Below, piece after piece: positions 9,522-18,054 of a stretch of 64,000 nucleotides of DNA (within the stretch, counting starts at the first letter, position 1; the number at the start of each line of letters is the position of its first letter). This DNA comes from a virus. A program made the position numbers and the translations under genes. The DNA lies in IMG/VR virus record IMGVR_UViG_3300032284_002783, positions 1 to 64,000 of that record. One strand, given 5' to 3'. Below the pieces are notes generated by a model. The model saw only the letters and a list, made by a program, of their open reading frames with translations, was not told the origin of the DNA and did not search any database.

Positions 9522-10881
9522 ACAAAATTGGAACTCAACAGTATCTGGGTCATATAAGATTTATACTATAGGTATTGATACAGAAAAAGTTCTTAGTAAT
9601 ATTACAAATCTACCGCAATGGGTTTCCACTGTAACATCACGCTTTGCAGTTATCGTACTTGATAATGATGAAATAACATTTGCTGCCGTAGATCATCTAT
9701 CAAATTATCCATTGTATTATTCTGATACATTTATCACTGATAATTGGTTTTATGTAGATTCAAATCGTTTGGAATTTACAGAGAATAAAGTTGTATCAAA
9801 GGAGACATGGCTGTTAGCTGGACAAAATTTATCAGCAGATACTTGCTTCAATGAAGTAAAAAGAATAATGCCAAATCATTATCTAAAACAGCAAAAACAA
9901 TATCAGTATAGATGGATGAATAGGTTGCCATATGCCAAAGATAATATACGAGATTTTATCGTAAACAAGTTTCTTGAATTGGAACAGACAGATAATACAT
10001 TAATGTTTAGCGGTGGCGTTGATAGTGTATTCTTAATGAATCTTGTTGTGAAGTATGGAACAAAAAATTGGCGTTTTATTCACATGCACAGCGACAGCGA
10101 TTTTCATAATGAAACTGCTGCGGTTGAATATTTTGAAAAATTTTATAATGTAAAGGTAGAAAAATACAACATCGATAACACTCATCTTTTAACCAGTTCA
10201 CAGATAGATAAAATTAATTACCTAGAAAAACAAACTAATTTTCCTAACTATTGGTATCATGACGAGTTGTATGGGAAATTCATTATGTTTGAAATGGCCT
10301 CGGTAAAAAATGAATTAATTTGGACGGGTGAAGTTGCAGATCAACTATTTGGCAATCCTAAAATCAATGCGTTAGTACCAACATGGCTACAAACTAAGAA
10401 CTCCGATGCAATTGCCGATCTTTGGATTGATACAACCAGATCATTAGTAAAGAGTTGGATCAGTGATGTAAACAAAAATCATGTGATCAAACAAAAGTTA
10501 AATGATCAAAGCGACGGCATATACTGGCAGACAGCATATGATAATATAAAGCGGGATCTAATTAGAATATTAGAAGAAGGGAATATTGAAGATATTGTTG
10601 TGCGTTTCACTAACTACAATTATTTGATTAAAGGACAGTTACGTGTTTGGCCATATTCTCAATTGCCAATGTACAATTTTTGTAACTTGTTTACACACTA
10701 TGAACTTGCTCCAATGGTGTTCAGTTTATCTTCAAACGAGCTGGCACCAAATTCTCTTTTTAAAGGATACCTATATAATTTGTTTCCCAATGATCTACCC
10801 ATTTATGCATGGGAACTTCCTAAAACGGGACCAACTCAAAAAATTAAAAGGCTTTATGATGAATTTATCAGTAAATTTTAA
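9505..10881 (+). CDS. Asparagine synthetase-like amide ligase
   Basis: N-terminal DHLSNYPLYY (GATase-like remnant without N-terminal Cys), FSGGVDS PP-loop, TGEVADQLFG. Confidence 0.75.
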   Translation: MKVILKQNWNSTVSGSYKIYTIGIDTEKVLSNITNLPQWVSTVTSRFAVIVLDNDEITFAAVDHLSNYPLYYSDTFITDNWFYVDSNRLEFTENKVVSKETWLLAGQNLSADTCFNEVKRIMPNHYLKQQKQYQYRWMNRLPYAKDNIRDFIVNKFLELEQTDNTLMFSGGVDSVFLMNLVVKYGTKNWRFIHMHSDSDFHNETAAVEYFEKFYNVKVEKYNIDNTHLLTSSQIDKINYLEKQTNFPNYWYHDELYGKFIMFEMASVKNELIWTGEVADQLFGNPKINALVPTWLQTKNSDAIADLWIDTTRSLVKSWISDVNKNHVIKQKLNDQSDGIYWQTAYDNIKRDLIRILEEGNIEDIVVRFTNYNYLIKGQLRVWPYSQLPMYNFCNLFTHYELAPMVFSLSSNELAPNSLFKGYLYNLFPNDLPIYAWELPKTGPTQKIKRLYDEFISKF

Positions 10882-11299
10882 ATCAATAAAATTCAATAAC
10901 ATAGTAATAGTTTCTAATAGAGCTGCATATGACTGGTATATGCAAAACTTTTTTCCATATTACAGCCAGGTATGGCTTTATTGTGTTGAACCAAATGTAA
11001 TAGATGACGAGTTGTCGTCAGAGTTGAAAAATCAAATTGAGAACAACGAATCTATAAATGTAATTATTTTTGGAATTCAAAACTATACCAAATTTAACAG
11101 AATTAGAACACAGAAAATATTAGTGATGGACAATATAATAATGAAATCAAAATTGTTGAATATGATTAATAGAAGTATAGTTGAAATTATTTCAGGATAC
11201 TGTCAACAATGGTTTAATATAGACAGAATTCCAAATAAAGAAATTTGGACAAATAGCTCATTGTCTAAAAAAGGCGATATATATACGTTGTTAGGATAA
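10856..11299 (+). CDS. Hypothetical protein
   Basis: ORF filling the gap in the operon; start moved to an ATG near the upstream stop. Confidence 0.5.
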   Translation: MMNLSVNFKSIKFNNIVIVSNRAAYDWYMQNFFPYYSQVWLYCVEPNVIDDELSSELKNQIENNESINVIIFGIQNYTKFNRIRTQKILVMDNIIMKSKLLNMINRSIVEIISGYCQQWFNIDRIPNKEIWTNSSLSKKGDIYTLLG

Positions 11300-11304
11300 A
11301 CAAT

Positions 11305-12159
11305 ATGACAGCATGTACATGGACTTTTGGAGAACATGGATTTTATTTTAAACCACTAACAAGATTTCCAGAGATATGGAAACAAGAAGTTTATAATACG
11401 GCCAAACTTATTAGAAATAACACAGATAGAAAAATCTTTGTTTGCATGAGCGGCGGCATTGATAGCGAGATAGTTGCCAGATCTTTTTATGATCAAGATA
11501 TTGATTTTTCAGCTGTAATTTTAGAATATGATAATGAACTTAATACGCATGATATATCTTATGCTAAGAATTTTTGTCAGCAAAGGAACATAAAAACTCA
11601 TATCATAAAAATAAATTTGATAAACTTTATTGAATTAGACATCCCTAATTATATCAAATCTGGATATTATGCAACAAATATTTTTAGATTTATTCAACGT
11701 CGATTAATTGAGGAAGTTGAATTGTTAAATGGATGTGCAGTTTTAGGCGGCGGCGAACAAATATTTGTTGGACATAATAATGAAGTATGTTTAACCAAGT
11801 CACTTGATGCATGGTCCTCCGTTCAATTTGCACAAGAGCTACATACTAATCATTGCGTTGAATTTTTTATGCATAATCCGGAGATACAGTATGCATGGAT
11901 GTGCGAACCAATTATAGAGATAATGACCGCTAATTCAGAATATTATCCTGTTGATTTAAAGATGAGTATAGAGAAAATAATCATTTATCATAGATACTGG
12001 AATGAGATGATTCATAGAAAGAAATATTCAGGCTATGAGAAAATACAATCGTTTAGAGAACAAGTTGAAAAAAAATTGAAAACACAGTTTACAAATTTGA
12101 TCCAATATCACATTCCAATATCTAAAATTAAAAACGATCTTTTGAAAAATCTTAATTAA
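11305..12159 (+). CDS. PP-loop ATPase, paralog of 6673..7557
   Basis: CMSGGIDSE, NTHDISYAKNFC and RKKYSGYE motifs shared with the paralog. Confidence 0.75.
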   Translation: MTACTWTFGEHGFYFKPLTRFPEIWKQEVYNTAKLIRNNTDRKIFVCMSGGIDSEIVARSFYDQDIDFSAVILEYDNELNTHDISYAKNFCQQRNIKTHIIKINLINFIELDIPNYIKSGYYATNIFRFIQRRLIEEVELLNGCAVLGGGEQIFVGHNNEVCLTKSLDAWSSVQFAQELHTNHCVEFFMHNPEIQYAWMCEPIIEIMTANSEYYPVDLKMSIEKIIIYHRYWNEMIHRKKYSGYEKIQSFREQVEKKLKTQFTNLIQYHIPISKIKNDLLKNLN

Positions 12160-12533
12160 AGAAGAGTTATGTTTGAGCCGTTTAATTCGTTAGGATCAAA
12201 TTGGTTAGATTTCCATGTAACCGTCCAACCGTTTGCTCTGAATTTATCAAAAATAGTAGCATCGTTATCGGCATAGAATGTATCGCCGGCTTGTTTGTCG
12301 CTCCACACCCGATGAAAAGACACTGTTTGTTCATCGGGTCGAGTAATAAATGAAACAACTGTTAAGCTGCTTGCTCCGTCAACTCTCTGAGCATAATCAG
12401 TTCCAGCTGTTGCAATATCTTGCATAGCCTTAATTTCTTTTCTAAAATCAGCTAAACCAGCCGGTGTCAAGGGCGTAGATAACCCTTCTTTTGAATAAGA
12501 AATAATGTATTCTTGTAAATTAGCAGTTGTCAT
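12156..12533 (-). CDS. Small hypothetical late protein
   Basis: 125 aa, GGAG RBS, TAAATA upstream (about 12565-12570). Confidence 0.7.
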   Translation of the reverse strand: MTTANLQEYIISYSKEGLSTPLTPAGLADFRKEIKAMQDIATAGTDYAQRVDGASSLTVVSFITRPDEQTVSFHRVWSDKQAGDTFYADNDATIFDKFRANGWTVTWKSNQFDPNELNGSNITLL

Positions 12534-12593
12534 TTAAATCTCCGTAGGATGGTATATTTTGATATATTTATTAAGTCGTAATATAATATTTAT

Positions 12594-13229
12594 ATGTTTA
12601 TTTTTGATCTCAATAAAAAAGACGATGCATTTAAGTGCCAATTCTTATTCAAAGAAACAGAGTTTACAATTCATAGCTTATCCTATGATCCCAGTCCAAT
12701 TAAGCAATCTTGCTATGTAATTGGATATGTTGAGAGCTTACATGCACATGGTTGCGTACTGGAGCACAAAAATGTTGCAGGATCCTTTGTAGATGTAGAA
12801 GCTATTTCAGGTACAGGATTCTATATTACCAGCAGAAGTGATTGCGAATTTACAAGGTTTGCTGAGCCAAATATTCATGCAGAAGGAGCACTAAAATATA
12901 TAGATGGCTGTAGTAATACTGAGCTAATATCTCCGGTTAAAGTTGGTTTACCGACTGTAAACTACTTACATGTTCCTAGCAATACCACCCAAACATCTCA
13001 TATACACAAAAGCGCCAGAGTTGGTTGGATAGCCAAAGGTAATGGCTATGCCGTAACTGACACAGATAGGCACGTTTTATCAGAAAATATTATGTTTTTC
13101 CTTCCGGCATATGAAAATCATTATTTTGAAACCAAGCAGGATTCATTGTCTATAATTGTTTTTCATCCCGATTCTGACATTGGCCCGACCGACGAAAACA
13201 ATAATATGAAGGTAAGAACTCACATATAA
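12594..13229 (+). CDS. Cupin-domain protein
   Basis: LKYIDGCS, QTSHIHKSARVG, ENHYF, FHPDSDIGPTDE. Confidence 0.7.
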   Translation: MFIFDLNKKDDAFKCQFLFKETEFTIHSLSYDPSPIKQSCYVIGYVESLHAHGCVLEHKNVAGSFVDVEAISGTGFYITSRSDCEFTRFAEPNIHAEGALKYIDGCSNTELISPVKVGLPTVNYLHVPSNTTQTSHIHKSARVGWIAKGNGYAVTDTDRHVLSENIMFFLPAYENHYFETKQDSLSIIVFHPDSDIGPTDENNNMKVRTHI

Positions 13230-13232
13230 ATA
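13225..13232 (+). promoter_or_regulatory. Late promoter TATAAATA 5 nt before ATG (leaderless)
   Basis: TATAAATA-ATTTT-ATG. Confidence 0.6.
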
Positions 13233-13237
13233 ATTTT

Positions 13238-14002
13238 ATGTCTATAAAATCACTTGTTCGATCAAATACAATTTATTTGCCCTGGTTACAAATAATTCTC
13301 TCTGCGTTGGCTATTATTGGGGTATGCGTTTTTCCATCAGTTGGAATGTTCTGCATAAGTTTGGTCTTGTATGCCTTAATTGGTTGTTTCGGCATAAGCA
13401 TAGGCTATCATAGATACCTTAGTCACAAATCCTTTACATTTAAGAAATCATGGCTACAATGGCCTTGTATCTTTTTAGGATGCTTAGCTGGCACCGGTAG
13501 TCCTATAGGGTGGGTAGCAGTACACAGAGAGCATCACAGACATAGTGATCGTACCGGAGATCCGCATAGTCCTCATACAATAGGATATAAGAGTCTTCTA
13601 GCAAATTATCAGTATGAATGGAATAAATGGCCAATTAGAGATTTGATTAGCAATCCAACTCATAGATTTATACACGATTACTATTTTATTTTATTAGCAG
13701 TCTGGATAATAGCATGGGCTATTATTGGACTGCCGTTTTTGATATATGTTGTAATTTTACCGATGGTGTTGGCTATTTGGGCAAGTACTATTTCAAATTA
13801 CATCAATCATAAATTTGGTTATAAAAATTACAAAACTATCGACGAAAGTAGAAACTGCTGGTACACAGCATTATTAACTTTTGGCGAGGGCTGGCATAAC
13901 AACCATCATGCTAGACCAAAGAGTTACAGATTTGGTCAAAATTGGTGGGAACTTGATCTTGGTGCTTTTTTAATAGAAAGATTTTTTGCCCGTGATCTTT
14001 AA
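13238..14002 (+). CDS. Membrane fatty acid desaturase 3
   Basis: HRYLSH, HREHH and GEGWHNNHH boxes. Confidence 0.92.
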   Translation: MSIKSLVRSNTIYLPWLQIILSALAIIGVCVFPSVGMFCISLVLYALIGCFGISIGYHRYLSHKSFTFKKSWLQWPCIFLGCLAGTGSPIGWVAVHREHHRHSDRTGDPHSPHTIGYKSLLANYQYEWNKWPIRDLISNPTHRFIHDYYFILLAVWIIAWAIIGLPFLIYVVILPMVLAIWASTISNYINHKFGYKNYKTIDESRNCWYTALLTFGEGWHNNHHARPKSYRFGQNWWELDLGAFLIERFFARDL

Positions 14003-14501
14003 AACCAACCTTCAAATTGATTTGCCAAGACTGGTTAAAGATTTATCTCGCTATATTGATGTCTTCGACCAATTTAATCAATTATCTATTGTATATGATG
14101 AAAATAGATTGGTAGAAAATATCGAACCACATTATGTTGCTATCGGCAAAAGTCCACCAGACATTGATCAATGGAATCTTAACAAAATTTGTCCTTTATT
14201 TGCAAATAGTTATTTTGCGGAAATATTTGATCTAGTTCCATATAAGAAGCAACGTGCTAGAATAATGAGAATGGCACCTCGTAGCACATACAGTATGCAT
14301 GTTGATTCATATAAACGTTTGCATTGGGCTTTAATAACAGATCCTAGCTGTCATTTAACTTTTCAAAATAATGAACAATTTTTTGGTTGGCATATTCCGG
14401 CCAACGGTTTTGCATATCTTGTTGATACCAGAAAGATGCACTCTGCAGTAAATCCCTGGGATCAATATAGATATCATTTTGTTATTGATATAAAGGATTA
14501 A
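13986..14501 (+). CDS. Aspartyl/asparaginyl beta-hydroxylase-like 2OG-Fe(II) oxygenase
   Basis: RARIM..YSMHVD..RLH..VDTRKMHSAVN...RYH. Confidence 0.7.
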   Translation: MPVIFKTNLQIDLPRLVKDLSRYIDVFDQFNQLSIVYDENRLVENIEPHYVAIGKSPPDIDQWNLNKICPLFANSYFAEIFDLVPYKKQRARIMRMAPRSTYSMHVDSYKRLHWALITDPSCHLTFQNNEQFFGWHIPANGFAYLVDTRKMHSAVNPWDQYRYHFVIDIKD

Positions 14502-14503
14502 AC

Positions 14504-14650
14504 ATGAAACTACTAGTATTTCTTATATTATTGGCAATTTTGTTTGTTCTGTTTCCAGCTAAAGTTTTAGCAGCTATAATTTTAATTAGTTCTGGATTTT
14601 TATCGCTGGCTATTTTGGTATTTGTGCTAATTGCTTGTCTTCTTGGATAA
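14504..14650 (+). CDS. Small hydrophobic membrane peptide (48 aa)
   Basis: AAGGA RBS; MKLLVFLILLAILFVLFPAKVLAAIILISSGFLSLAILVFVLIACLLG; below the ORF-track cutoff. Confidence 0.6.
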   Translation: MKLLVFLILLAILFVLFPAKVLAAIILISSGFLSLAILVFVLIACLLG

Positions 14651-14660
14651 TAAAAAAAAT

Positions 14661-14964
14661 GTGCATGTGGTGATTTTGCATCTTCGGTTCAGTTGCGAAC
14701 GATAGACATCAAACAGCTTGCCATGCTTACTTCTATCTGGCCATTATTTCAGACCTGCGCTTTTTCCCAATCACCTCAGGGAAGAACCATAAGACATGAG
14801 CTAGACTCTATACATGCTGTGTGTATGGTTTTCCAATGCTCATCCGGCTTCTTCCTTACCGCGCTGGATTTTAACATGCACTATGATTTCAGCGTCTATG
14901 TTCACAGCAACATGTCAACTTACGTCATGCTTTATACTAGCAAATGTTAACTGATCAGTCTAGC
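14661..14964. ncRNA. Unassigned, multiply pseudoknotted structured RNA candidate (about 300 nt)
   Basis: GC-richer intergenic segment with at least six perfect 6-8 bp complementary pairs, several crossing; strand uncertain (minus favoured by downstream U-run). Confidence 0.55.
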
Positions 14965-15064
14965 GGATTTGTTTGAAATAATTATGTCAAAATATTAATA
15001 AATAATAATGCAGTTCGCGGAATTGGCGTTCCCAACTGCTCTATAACTCAGGAGAATTACAGCA

Positions 15065-15625
15065 ATGTCTAATATTTATTATGTATATGCATATATAAGA
15101 ACTAAAAACTCAGCAACTGCTAACGCAGGTACACCATATTATATTGGTAAAGGTAAAAATCGTCGTGCATGGGAAAAGCATATAGTACCACGGCCAATAG
15201 ACAAAAATTATATAGTTATTGTGGAATCAAATTTAACTGAAGTTGGCGCACTTGCATTAGAGCGCAGATTAATAAAATGGTATGGCGGGAAAGATTTAGA
15301 AACAGGTATATTACTTAATAGGACAGATGGCGGCGATGGCGGATCTAATATTGTTTATGAAAGGACATTAGAGCATAAACAGAATCTGTCAAATGCATTG
15401 AAAGGCAAACCAAAATCTAATGAAATGAAAAAGAAATTGTCCATTACAAACACAGGACGAAAACTATCAGAATCTACGAGGAAGAAAATATCAGAGAATA
15501 ACAAAAACAGGGTATTATCTGACGAAGTATTAGCTAAGCTTAAAATGCCAAGATCTGATGATATAAAAAGAAAAATATCAGAGTCGGTTAAAAACTCTTA
15601 TCGTTTAAGAAGATTAAAACACTGA
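15065..15625 (+). mobile_element. Free-standing GIY-YIG homing endonuclease with NUMOD3-like repeats
   Basis: YYVYAY...[18 protein letters not shown], repeated (H/T)K.KISE modules; TAAATA and AGGAG upstream. Confidence 0.85.
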
Positions 15626-16529
15626 GATTACATGTTTTACATTAGTACCTTGAGGATTATTATGAGTCTTGCGAACTCGTTTCCCTCAACATCCACTGTC
15701 CCCTCATATTGTGAGACAGTCTACTAACAATGTCGCCTTTTTTAAGGTCAGGCAGTAGACCTTTCATGCAGTGCTACTCTACAACTTTTGCACCGTTAGC
15801 CTTGCGAGCTATTCGAGAGCGCTAACCCTCTACGACACATCTGTTACAGACCAACTCCACCTTGCGAGTTTTGTTGGGCTTGGTTCTCTTACGAGCCAAG
15901 CATTAGACATCTTTCACACTACACAGGGCCAGGCTTTGCGTTTTTGTAATCGAAAGTTGGACTTGAACCAACATACGACTGCTTGGAATGCAGTTGCCTA
16001 AACCATTCGGCTATATCGTTTGAACCTACTGTGATGTGCTGGCCCTGTTGCTGCATACCTTGTTAGATACACAATACAACACACCACCTGTATTTCGTCT
16101 TGCAGACTACTTTACCGTTTACCTGGACACTGTCTAGCCTTACGAGCTAGCCAATCCCCTCAAAACTGCCAACCGCCCTTGGCTGCAAAGCCTCGAACTT
16201 GTTTGACTATCCATTATCTATCAGCATTCTGTTGGTTTGCGTGCAAAGGTGATACTTGCGGTATCTTACTCCTCACCGATTGGCTCTGGAGCACATCCTT
16301 TCGGACCTTTACCCAACTGTCCTGCTTACCACCCCTTTCGGATGGCTCCTTTCGGAGCAGACTGGACTTGCATAGTGGACCCTATTGCTAGGTGCTGGTA
16401 GGTAGGCCTTCCAGCTTTGGGTCAGTTGCCTGACTTATTCCATTAATGGCGCTATGCCGCCAATGCTTATTTTACATTTTATAGAACAAAAACTTTGCAC
16501 ATTCGCTTGCGCTTGTGTGCGCCGTCTAT
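15616..16529 (-). ncRNA. GOLLD-like giant ornate RNA (about 900 nt)
   Basis: No credible ORF; about a dozen GNRA-capped hairpins on the minus strand; 3' end CAGUGGAUG..GAGGGAAA..AAUAAUCCUC..UGUAAUCUCAG resembles the GOLLD 3' domain as recalled; own sigma70 promoter. Confidence 0.75.
15948..16020 (-). tRNA. Degenerate tRNA-Gly(UCC)-like domain embedded in the GOLLD-like RNA
   Basis: D arm GCCGAAUGGUUUAGGC, anticodon arm ACUGC-AUUCCAA-GCAGU, T arm GUUGG-UUCAAGU-CCAAC; acceptor stem has two mismatches and no CCA. Confidence 0.6.
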
Positions 16530-16535
16530 GTAGCT

Positions 16536-16564
16536 AATATACAGAGCTTGACCAGCGCTGTCAA
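16536..16564 (-). promoter_or_regulatory. Sigma70-type promoter for the GOLLD-like RNA
   Basis: TTGACA-17 nt-TATATT. Confidence 0.8.
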
Positions 16565-16624
16565 CAGCATTTTTTGATTTTTTTTAATTATTGCTGTCTT
16601 TTTTAAAAAATAGTAAAAACAGCT

Positions 16625-17155
16625 ATGAAAACTAAGTGGGAAATAAGCCTTGCACAAGGTGAATGGTTTGAGGATAATGTCGCATTGCCCTGGTTGTATG
16701 CAAATTTTCCACAATGGTGGATTACGGATTGCAGGCTAGAGAAAAAGTCACAATTTGGTGGTCCAAAAATGCGTACTGCAAATCAAGTATTAACACTGCC
16801 CGATTTTAGATTGGATAATGCAGAAACCAATCAAACTATTTGGATTGATGCCAAATATAAGACTAAGTCTTATAAGCTAGATGATTATCCGGGCGATTAC
16901 TTTACTACAATAGACCCAAGAAGCTATCAAGAATACATGGATTTTATGAAAGTTTGGCCTAACTCAGATTTTTTGATTTTGTTTGGAAAACGAACTACTA
17001 AACTACTTTATATAATGAATCTAAAAACAGCCAAGCCTGTTATGCATTGGTATAATAATGAGCATGTTACAATGGGTAGAAATAGTGTTCCATGTTTTTC
17101 AGAGCGGTATCTAGACCCGGTTGGATCTTGGAATCCAACCCTAATGCCATACTAA
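16625..17155 (+). CDS. PD-(D/E)XK nuclease-like protein
   Basis: GEWFE...LPDF...WIDAKYK. Confidence 0.65.
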   Translation: MKTKWEISLAQGEWFEDNVALPWLYANFPQWWITDCRLEKKSQFGGPKMRTANQVLTLPDFRLDNAETNQTIWIDAKYKTKSYKLDDYPGDYFTTIDPRSYQEYMDFMKVWPNSDFLILFGKRTTKLLYIMNLKTAKPVMHWYNNEHVTMGRNSVPCFSERYLDPVGSWNPTLMPY

Positions 17156-17370
17156 AAGTTATCCCACACCAGCCGCCACATTGTATATTGTTCTTTGTTT
17201 TCAAATTTGAATAATACTTGATCCTTATTGGGTTTAATAGAAGGACAGTTATCATCAAACCATTGGTCTATGTCAGACCAATTTGTTTCCCACCAATCCC
17301 AGTTGAGAACTATTGCGTAATATGGGCCTTCATCTTGTTGATTGTTGTATACTGCTAATTTTGTAGTCAT
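17152..17370 (-). CDS. Small paralog-family protein
   Basis: Ends FKFENKEQYTMWRLVW. Confidence 0.7.
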   Translation of the reverse strand: MTTKLAVYNNQQDEGPYYAIVLNWDWWETNWSDIDQWFDDNCPSIKPNKDQVLFKFENKEQYTMWRLVWDNF

Positions 17371-17600
17371 GAATGTCTCAACAAAAATAAAATATAATCT
17401 TCTTTGCTGTTAAAGTCTATGTGTGCTCCTAGACCATATGCATATTCTCCATAAACAGCGTTATATTCTTTTAATGCAAGATTCACGGTCTCTTCATTTA
17501 AGACCGCATACGGTTGCTGTTGTAATAGACAGCGGAAAAAATTAGATATATGTGGCTTTGAGTGCATAACCAATACGCTTATAGGAACGCGATAGGTCAT
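17367..17600 (-). CDS. Small paralog-family protein
   Basis: ATGA coupling; ends IDFNSKEDYILFLLRHS. Confidence 0.7.
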   Translation of the reverse strand: MTYRVPISVLVMHSKPHISNFFRCLLQQQPYAVLNEETVNLALKEYNAVYGEYAYGLGAHIDFNSKEDYILFLLRHS

Positions 17601-17833
17601 GACCACCTCAACAGGAAAAACGCCGCATCGTGTTCATCTTCAAAATTATATGTAGCAGAATACTTAACAACAGGAGAAAGAATATTCATTCCATAATAAT
17701 GATTCGTGGGGTTCACAGTGAATGTCATGCTAGAGACAAGACGATTAGAATCTTTAAAGCTTTTACAATTATCTTTAGCCCACTCTGGTATTTCGTCGGT
17801 ATCATGATCAATAGTTACAGATATTAAAGCCAT
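17597..17833 (-). CDS. Small paralog-family protein
   Basis: Ends YNFEDEHDAAFFLLRWS. Confidence 0.7.
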   Translation of the reverse strand: MALISVTIDHDTDEIPEWAKDNCKSFKDSNRLVSSMTFTVNPTNHYYGMNILSPVVKYSATYNFEDEHDAAFFLLRWS

Positions 17834-18054
17834 GTTAGTTTAAAAACCATTGCATCTTCTTGATTTGAAAAAATTAATCTATAGCTATCGTCAACAAAGA
17901 CAAAATTCCAAGTCTTTCCAATCTTTCCAAAATTGGTTTGTAACCATTCTCCAACTTCTAGCCTCAAGCTACACCACGATCTACCAATTAACAGCACTGG
18001 ATGGTTTTTAGTCTGGGCCGACCGATCATCTATAGGAAGCTCAACTATAACCAT
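17824..18054 (-). CDS. Small paralog-family protein
   Basis: Ends LIFSNQEDAMVFKLTWL; start at MVIVEL. Confidence 0.7.
   Translation of the reverse strand: MVIVELPIDDRSAQTKNHPVLLIGRSWCSLRLEVGEWLQTNFGKIGKTWNFVFVDDSYRLIFSNQEDAMVFKLTWL

Noticed and set aside
9505-10881. Lasso peptide cluster
   Set aside because: AsnB-like enzyme present, but no recognisable B1/B2 proteins or precursor nearby
14693-14950. 85 aa ORF on the plus strand
   Set aside because: TTG start, no RBS or motifs; coincides with a dense base-pairing signal better explained as RNA
15948-16020. Functional tRNA-Gly gene
   Set aside because: Two acceptor mismatches, atypical position 32 and no CCA; kept only as a tRNA-like domain
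15771-16391. Short plus-strand ORFs 15771..16001 and 16179..16391
   Set aside because: Antisense to the GOLLD-like RNA, with no coding features
14661-16529. Group I intron containing the GIY-YIG gene
   Set aside because: No interrupted host gene, no recognisable P7/R-S core, and the endonuclease is antisense to the GNRA-bearing strand
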